Part shown: in pieces, positions 55,145 through 64,000 of the stretch | How the letters are laid out: every line of letters starts with the position of its first letter | Position numbering within the stretch: the first letter of the stretch is position 1 | Assembly: GCF_006345805.1 (NCBI RefSeq) | Contig: NC_043006.1 | Location: forward strand, 12,710,001 to 12,774,000 | Length of the DNA: 64,000 bases | From: Octopus sinensis | Taxonomy: Eukaryota | Direction: 5' to 3' | Notes under the pieces: generated by a model | The model's database searches: none | What the model was told of the DNA's origin: nothing | The model's input: only the letters and a program-made list of their open reading frames with translations | Made by a program: the position numbers and the translations under genes

Positions 55145-57645
55145 CATATAATAAGCTTATATTTCAATGTTATCATCAGTCCGAATATGTTTGATGTACG
55201 TTCGAACTGGGGAACGAGCTACTCACTGCGTTTTGTTCGAACGTGCTTCAAATATATTCGGCCTCGTAATAACATTGCAATTTCACTTATCACTGCTTAG
55301 CGCCCCAACTCTGTAATGAGTGTATATGTCCTCTAATTAAAGTAGACTTTTATGTTGTTCTGGAGTTGCTTTTGAAGAGAGGGCCCGTCGGCTATTCAAA
55401 TCTGTCTATGCAAAAGGTGACGCTATGTTTTCATCAAACGCTCACCTGTGAACTTATTTGCACCTCATTTTTTTATACAAAGTATGATTGTGTGTGTATA
55501 TGTTCATTCAAGAAATCTGAACTGTAAAATCTCTGAAATGTGTTATTTTCACTGTAGTATTAATCGATTATATTTTGGAGAATGTGAACCAGTTTACAGT
55601 GTTCTTTCTGGCAAAAATCGACTAACTCCAGGCTTTGATACAAACCTATTATTAAATAACTCAATGCATCTAAAAGAAAGGGGACAATGGAGAAATTTTA
55701 AACAAAATACAAGAACTGGGTGTATTTATGTTATCTTCCTCTTAAATTATTTGATTTCATACTCTAAAGAATGAGATGGTCGTAACGAAAAAGCAAAACA
55801 TTGACGCTAAAATTTGGGTAACAACAATGGTTAATAGATGGAATGTGGACATGAGAAAAACATATATATTTGTTTTGTTCCGCTTCCACTTTGTATTTGC
55901 AAAGAGCTAGACTCTTTATCTGAAAAGCCCAGATTTCCGAGACTGTTACTTTGATCGGTAGTAACATATCTAAGTGCACAGCAAAATCATAAGCATAAAA
56001 ATGAATCTATTACAGTTATATAGCTCATGGGAAAATGAAGTTTCTCATTGAAAAAATTCATTGAGAAAAAATTCACTACATATGAGTAAGGAAGGTATTT
56101 GTAGAGAACATCCGACTATGTTATACAGAACAAGAAACTTTTTCTAGACGATAGAATGGGAGTTTGGAGAACTTTAGCTGTAACTCTCCGGTATTTTATT
56201 GCGATATCATCAGATGGGTTAAAGTCTTTTTATAGCCCACTAACGCGGAAAGAATGGATCTCCTCAGCGGAAAGTGAGACAAGATTCCTGCATTTGAAGG
56301 AGTGTACTGAGAATTGAGAACTACATAGGTGAATATATGTTTGAATATATTTTGAGATGTTAGAATCGATGCTATCTTGGTATATGTAAATAACAGTAAG
56401 TATCAAGTCCATTAAAACTTCTAGTATTTATATATGTTCGAGAAGAGTTGACTAATTAGGGATCGAGGTTCATAGCCATGTTCTTAGAGGCACCAACATT
56501 GCAAGGAGGATTAAACCAAGATATTATCCTCTATCAATCTCTCGTCAGTAGTATCAATTTAGTAACATCAGGTTAACAAATCTTGTGAAAGTAAAATCTC
56601 CCCGATAACACTGCGTAGTAACGGGGAAGCACCTCTGTCAAAGATATGTCCGTTTAAAGGTAAACATATATGTATGTACGTATATCGTTTCTAAGTATAG
56701 CTGCAGTCTTTCAAATTCCTATGAATGTAAATAGCTTCCTCACCTGACTTCCTATAGATGTTGTACTTAACTGAATTCATCTCCAAGTAACATTCCAGAA
56801 GTTATCAGCCGTTACATCATGTACCCTACAAAGCTTCTCTGTAAATTTATCCATGATATAACTATTCATAGTCCTTGAAATATCACCTATTTAAATTTAC
56901 ATAGTTATTTTCAGCATCGCCGAGAAAACTCAATACCTTGCTAAAATCACATGTTTTGTGGGCAGAAAGGGGCCGATTTTATTAATTTCAGCGTTTCTGC
57001 AGCTTCATCAGACGACGAGTTTCTCCATTTCCTGATGTCTATAAAGAGTTTATAGCATACAAAAACTCAGATGCAACTACCTTAATTTGCAAAGCAATGT
57101 AAAATTTGCTACTGAAATATTAATAGACGCATTCCATTGTTGGAATAAATAGTGTTACATATATGGGCCGCTACATTTCTACTTTACAAATGCCGAATTG
57201 TGCTTTAATGAATATGCAAAAATGCACACACATATATGGACCTATCCACATATCTATTTTACTATCTGACATAGTCCTCCCTCTCTCTCTCTCCTTTTCT
57301 TTCTTTCTTTCTTTCTTTCTGTAGATATATGTACATACCTGTGTGTGTATAGATGTATACATGTACATATATAATGATATAATATATTATTTCGTTCTCT
57401 GCCTGAAGAATTTTCAATAGGTGATATCGTACATATTTTCTACTACGTGTGCAATTTGGAAATGAAAGACATGTAATGGTGAATAAATATGACCCCAAAA
57501 TTTCCAATGTCCTCTTTTGATATACAATTACTGTACAAAACTATTTTCCAGTATTTTCAACTCACACAACCAGAACATCTACATAGGAATTTGGAATACT
57601 GGAATAAGCATAAATGCTTCAAAAGGACACAACGTGGTCCACATG

Positions 57646-57696
<51 letters not shown>

Positions 57697-57811
57697 AATA
57701 TATATACATATATACATACATATATACATACATACATACATATATATATATATATAGATACATACATATATACATACATATATACATACATACATACATA
57801 TATATATATAT

Positions 57812-57850
<39 letters not shown>

Positions 57851-57879
57851 TATAGATAGATATTTATACACACACATAA

Positions 57880-57912
<33 letters not shown>

Positions 57913-57938
57913 GATAGATAGATATTTATACACAAACA

Positions 57939-57987
<49 letters not shown>

Positions 57988-60179
57988 GTATATGTAGTAT
58001 ATGTAATATACATTGCATACATAAATAAATAATACATATAAAATATTGCATATGTGTGTGTATACACATCTGTAAAAGTATAACCTTGATTACTTACACA
58101 TGAATATATATATAGATGTATATATATGTATATATATATGTGTGTGTGTGTGCGTGTGTGCGTGTGTGTATGTGTGTGTGTACACGCTCACAAACAAACC
58201 TATATTATATGTGTTTATATCTAAGATGATACTTTATCTCAATTTTTACAGATATACTTACACATATAACGCGTACGAACAATATGTATTTATTTAGTCA
58301 TCTACGGATGTTTGGTGGTTCTGTATTGAGTGGATGTTGGTTTGTTTGAAAACTTTGGAGCTAAAACTTATAACCAATTAGATATTGTTCCCGAAAATGA
58401 GTATTAGAGCAACAAAAACAGCAGACAGAAGTAGAAAATCATAAAGTTAGAGAACTACCCTATATGTATTACTATTTATTTTACAATGGTACCACTTTGA
58501 AAAAAATATCAGTTGATTTGAACAATAGAAAAAATAGAGAGAGACAGAGAGAGAGAGAGACAAATCTAGCTAAAACTTAAACAAAAATAAAATACCAATA
58601 TCGAAAATTGAAAGCGATTAAGTAACAAAGAGCTATATAATTTGAAGAATGGAAAAGAATAGTTGAATTCGAAATGGAATAAAAATAAATATCTCGATTA
58701 TGCGCAAATTGGATAGAGATAGAAATCAATGGATAAACTGCAAAAACTAAAGTGAGTCAAGCGAAGAGAAAGGGTGGGTGAAAATAGTTTGTTAGTAAAT
58801 CATTCATCGTTGCAGATCTTTGAACTTGAAGAAATATCTGCACACTGGTATAAAAATACGAGGAAAAATACCCATAACTAAAGAGAGAAAATTATAGTAT
58901 ATTAATAATGAACCAATTATATGAAACTTAAATATCTCCTACATGAAAATTCACACAAATGCAATTTAGAAATTGTAGATTTTCTACATATGTGTATGTC
59001 AGAGAAAGAAAGATACAGTGAGGAAGTTTTTTTTTTTTTGTTATCAAATCTAATTTAAAAATCAAATTACCTACTTTATTTCCTTTATATTCTATGGAAA
59101 TTCTGCATTTTCTAATTATAACTAATAATTTGGGAATTTTTTTTTTTTTTTACTTTTATATAGTGAGATTTCCATTGCTCGAAATCAGTAAATAGTTCTC
59201 CATATTTATATATATAAATATTATAAAAAATGTTATTCAAAATTGAAAGATTTGCCGAAAATAAAGTTTCAGTGAACACTAGTGGTAAAACTTGGTGGCT
59301 AAGTGTGTATGCATCTGCCAATGCACGAACCTACGGGAACGTGAATGTGTGCGTGTGTGTGTGTGTGTGTGTGTAGCAAGCAAAACTATATTCTGTTAAT
59401 ACACTGCTTCTATGTGACTCTGAAAATTCAATTTACTGTCATACTGATGTGATGAGTTTTTTTTTTTGTTTTTTCCTAAACCATATTCTGTTAGATTTCA
59501 CTGAGATACAACTCTTGGAAAAGTTCTCTTATGGTTTGGCACGCAATTAACTTCCAGTAGAAGAGTAGAATAGATTTGTAATTCCATATTGTCTAAAGGT
59601 TTTATTCTATAAAATTGTATTTTGTGAAAAAGCTGTCATTTAGTAATCTGCAACCGAGAAAATGCAGGTTGGTAGCATTTAGTACTGTATATGTGCAAAA
59701 GAAATACAAACGCAATCTTAGTTTATTTGTTATAAACATTATGGTGATCTTAGAATAGGATCTGCATCCTACAATATTTCAATAACATTAAAAGCGGTGA
59801 GCAAACAAGTGTTAGCACCCCGGGCAAAGTGATTAGCGACATTTCATCCGTCTTTGCCTTCTGAGTTCAAATTCCTCCAAGTTTGGCAATTGCTTCTCAT
59901 CCTTTCGGGGTCGATGAAATAAGTACAAGTTGAACACTGTAGTCGATGAGGAGAATTCATCATTTGGTGGTTCCGTGCCGAAATTTAAAACCATTATTTC
60001 AATAATATCTCTCTTCGTTGCATAGAAAATTAAATGATAAAATAGAGAAATAGCAAATATTTTTCCTGAATTGAAATGAAGAGGAATATGTTGTATACAT
60101 ATACATAAGGAAAATTCCATTTAATCCATTAATATATTTTACTACCAAGACAGAGGAGAGAATGGTTTACACGATCTGC

Positions 60180-60225
<46 letters not shown>

Positions 60226-60717
60226 TATATATATACGTGCTTTCTTATTTTGACGCAAGGTTAGTAAGTTTGAGAGGAGGGGGAATGTGGATTATACCGA
60301 TGCCAATTCATGACTAGTATGTATTTTAACAATTTTATCGATCCCGAAAAGCAGAATTTAAAATCAGAACTTAAAGAACCGAAAAAAAATGCCGCTGAAC
60401 ATTTTGTCCGGCTTACTAACGATTCTGTTAGGTCACTAAATTATATTTCCTCCTATATTGATATCTTCAAATTGAAGACATCTGATGTTAACACATTTTA
60501 AATGGAGCATATTGTCCTGTCAAGGTAGATGAGACTAGATTTCAATTTCCTGTAACACTTTGATATTCCAGTATAACCTTTTCTTACAATCTTTTCTACT
60601 ATAGGAACGAAGCCTGAAATTTAGTGGTGAGAGAAGTAGTGGATTACATCAATGCCAGTGTTCAATTAGTAAAGTCAACCTCAGTAGAATCTGAACTCAC
60701 AATATTCCATTTTTATG

Positions 60718-61004
60718 CGCCCTTTTTCAAGCCTAGCCATGCTCATGGGCCCGGTTTCCCGGTATCTATGGGGTGTGTGTTTCCCCCCAGCTCGACAGGA
60801 CGCCAGTCCATCGCAGCGTTACTCAAGAAACAGAAAGAAAAAGTGTGAGAAAATTGGGGAGAAACAGTACAACTGGGGCCCGAGCCTCGTTGAACTTTAG
60901 GTGTTTTCGTTCAATAAACACACACACCACCCGGTCTGTGAATCGAAACCGCGATCCTCCGACCGCGAGTTCGCTGCCCTATCCACTGGACCATTGCGCC
61001 TTCA
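60718..61004 (-). mobile_element. SINE family C-related copy
   Basis: Reverse-complement C head joined to the caagcctagccatgctcatgggcccggtttcc tail. Confidence 0.8.
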
Positions 61005-61616
61005 ATAATAAATATTATTGAAAACATTTATTTTATCCTTTTCCTTATCCCCCAACCTAAATTTAGAAATTGCCCATCTTTTGCATTACATTGTATTATA
61101 ATTGTATCGAATTGACGCAAAGACACTAGCTTTAAGTGGAGAGGTTACTCAGTTAAGTTGACCGTTGTACTTGACTGGGACTTTGCTTTATTAATCCTCA
61201 ACCGATGAAAAGTAAGATCGACCTTGATGGGGTATGAAAATGGAACTTAAATACCAAGAAGAAATAGCCAAACATTTTGTTCGATGCGCTGACGTTTTTG
61301 CTAGTCTACCGCATTCCCTTGGTAATCTAAATATTTGCTTAAAGTTTAGGTACAAGTCCAACAATCTTGGGTAAAATGGAGTTAGTCAATTGCATCGACC
61401 CTAGTGCTCATCTTAATTATTTCTTTGACTTCAGATAAATGAAATAAAGTTGACTTCGGCTGAATTTGAACTCAGAACAGAAAGAGCTGGAAAAATGATG
61501 CTTCGCATGATGTCCGACTGAGTAACGATTCTGCCAGCTTACCGCCTAAGTAAAGATAATGGTTTCTAAGGCGGCGAGCTGGCAGAAACTTTAGCACCCC
61601 AGGCGAAATGCTTACC

Positions 61617-62015
61617 CTTTTACTCTTTACTCTTTTACTTGTTTCAGTCATTTGACTGCGGCCATGCTGGAGCACCGCCTTTAATCGAGCAACTCGACCC
61701 CGGGACTTATTCTTTGTAAGCCCAGTACTTATTCTATCGGTCTCTTTTGCTGAACCGCTAAGTGACGGGGACATAAACACTCCAGCATCGGTTGTCATGC
61801 AATGCTAGGGGGACAAACACATACACACAAACATACACGCACACACATACATATATATACATATATACTACGGGCTTCTTTCAGTTTCCGTCTACCAAAT
61901 CCACTCACAAGGCTTTGGTCGGCCCGAGGCCATAGTAGAAGACACTTGCCCAAGGTACCACGCAATGGGACTGAACCCGAAACCATGTGGTTGGTAAACA
62001 AGCTACTTACCACAC
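61617..62015 (-). mobile_element. SINE family A copy nested inside a family B SINE
   Basis: Reverse complement of family A. The family B head (61570-61615) lies to the left and its body resumes at 62016. Confidence 0.8.
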
Positions 62016-62719
62016 GCTGTATTTCGTTTGCTTTCACGCTCTGATTTCAAAGGTCGATTTTGCCTTTCATCCTTTGAGGTTCGATAAATTAAGTACTGAG
62101 GTCAATCCAATCGACTCAACCCCACCCCCAAAATTTCGGGCCTTGCGCCTATAGTAGAAACGAATAATAAGGAATTCTAATATAGGCACTAAACTTCAAA
62201 TTTTCGTGTGGTGGGTTATTCGATATCATTGACTACAGTTAAAAGAAGTTATTACATAACACAGAACGAAGAGTCTATGTATATATAGGTTTACAATTTT
62301 GGCACAAGGCCAGCAATTTCATGGGAGAAGGTAAGCTGGTGCTAATTTTAACGACACCCACACTGATGAAAGACAAAGACAACCTCGGTGGAATTTGAAC
62401 TCAGAACGTAACGACGGACGAAATGCCGCTAAGCTTGTACCAGCTCAGTGCCTTAACTAAGTATATATTGAAAATACTGATGTTCAGTATAAGAACCTTC
62501 TGTTTAATTTATCCAATGAATAATATAAAACACAACACGTAGCGAAAGGGATAATTTTGTTTATAATTCTGTGTCGTAAAGAAGTTGATAGAAAATTCAG
62601 TTTGTGTCTACCGAGAAAAAGATTCTTTTAAGTTTTGGATTCGACCGAACGTGTTATAATTTGCAGTATAATACGTTCGTCAGATTCGATAACTACAGGG
62701 TGCCTGGTTATCAGATTAT

Positions 62720-63600
62720 ATCAGATTATATTAGTTCGTCTCTTTTCAAAGAATTAACACGAATAATATATTTATCGCGACGTTTTCTCTGCTCTTTTCT
62801 CGATTTTTGATTGTTTTTGAAGTTTGAATAAATTTTCCTTTTCAGACACATTACGATTGAGAGTCAAGTAGAAAAGATGAAGATTTTCGATCCCTTTGCT
62901 CTTTACTTTCAGTCAAGGTTCCAAAGTTGCTAAAGTCGCTCAAGTCTTGTGTTGTGTACAGAGAAGGCATCATTACTGAAAGAACTGCACAGAAATGGTT
63001 TTCATGCTTCAACGAGCGGAAATTCGACCTCACAGACTCTGTGTTCCCGCCGACATTTTCACTCTAATGACGATCGATTGAATGAACTTATCCACAAGGA
63101 TCCGCTCCAATACACAATAGAATTGGCCTAGCAGATTGGGTGCTCTCGTGATATCATCACCCAACACCTTAGATCGATGAAAAATCTAGCTGAAATGACC
63201 CGACTGGTAACATGGCCTTCTTCTTCGACGGGTCCCACTCTCTTCCGAGTCGTTAACTTGACCAAAAAATTCAACGCAGTTCACCAAAAAATACAACACA
63301 GTTCTACTACATCCATTTTATTTTCCTGATATATCTCAGGATCATCACCTTTTTGTGTCGCATTCCAATAGTCTGCAAAGAATTTCATTCAAAGACATGG
63401 AACTAAAACCTTGGTTCGATGAATTCTTCAAGTCAAGACCCGGTGATTTCTATCGTCAAGGTATTGGCAAGTGATTGGAACGTTGACGAGAAGTAGTGAA
63501 CAATGAAGAAGAGAGTATTATTGACTTGTTAAAAAATATTGATGAAAAATAGAGATTAAAATAAATGTAAAAATGACGAACGAATTTATCTGACAGTGCA
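62720..63600 (+). mobile_element. Degraded mariner element with internal deletion
   Basis: N-terminal HTH region VYREGIITERTAQKWFSCFNERKFDLTDS..DDRLNELIHKDPLQYTIELA and C-terminal FFKSRPGDFYRQGIGK..REVVNNE, with worn TIR-like ends. Confidence 0.8.
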
Positions 63601-64000
63601 ACATATACGTTCAACCAGGATATGATTAATATAAACTAACTCGAAACATGGAATCAAAATTATAGTTACGAGCCAAACAAGGAACCGAACCAAAGAAACC
63701 TTCTTTAGAAATTGGCACATAAAATCAAATCCAAGAACTAGAGGTTGCTGACTTTTTTATGTGCAAATCAATGAAAGACAAAACATATATGACATCACAA
63801 TCTACAAAAAGGTAGAAATAATCAAATAAAGGTGGGTATCATTCAAAAGGTAAGCGAAAACATAAAGGGTGAACAGAGAGCTATAAACACTAAAGATATT
63901 TCTGTAGTATCAATACAGTTTTATGAGATAATATATTACATTTAAATAACATTTCTAAAATAAACCTGATTATGCATCACAGAATAGAATATGCGTTAGC

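Noticed and set aside
56985-57025. Minus-strand CTGATGAAGCTGCAGAAACG hammerhead-like string
   Set aside because: No viable stem II or cleavage triplet geometry.

Overview
This is AT-rich eukaryotic genomic DNA, very dense in (TA)n, (CA)n, (GA)n, (GATA)n and (AAT)n microsatellites and transposon relics. The composition and repeat families look like an octopus (cephalopod) genome; that is an inference, not a database result. Almost all ORFs in the supplied track are translated microsatellites or SINEs. Supported content: (1) three or more tRNA-derived SINE families in over 25 copies, including TSD-bounded head-to-tail multimers, inverted pairs and a nested insertion; (2) RTE-like LINE 3' ends, two with C2H2 zinc fingers; (3) three Penelope-like GIY-YIG relics and several degenerate minimal hammerhead-like motifs; (4) a Helitron Rep/helicase fragment and a complete short non-autonomous Helitron; (5) two mariner relics, two copies of a GG-terminated MITE with 8-bp TSDs and internal TTAGGG units, and other hairpin MITEs; (6) a degenerate tRNA-Gln. 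A probable host gene is hidden on the minus strand as very short, phase-compatible exons (41688-41784, 34030-34080, possibly 22522-22578, and 3727-3786), so most of the window may be intronic. I found no CRISPR array, rRNA or intact long CDS. The best leads are the unannotated short-exon gene, SINE multimers with a fixed junction, and a structured-RNA candidate at 25532-25620.
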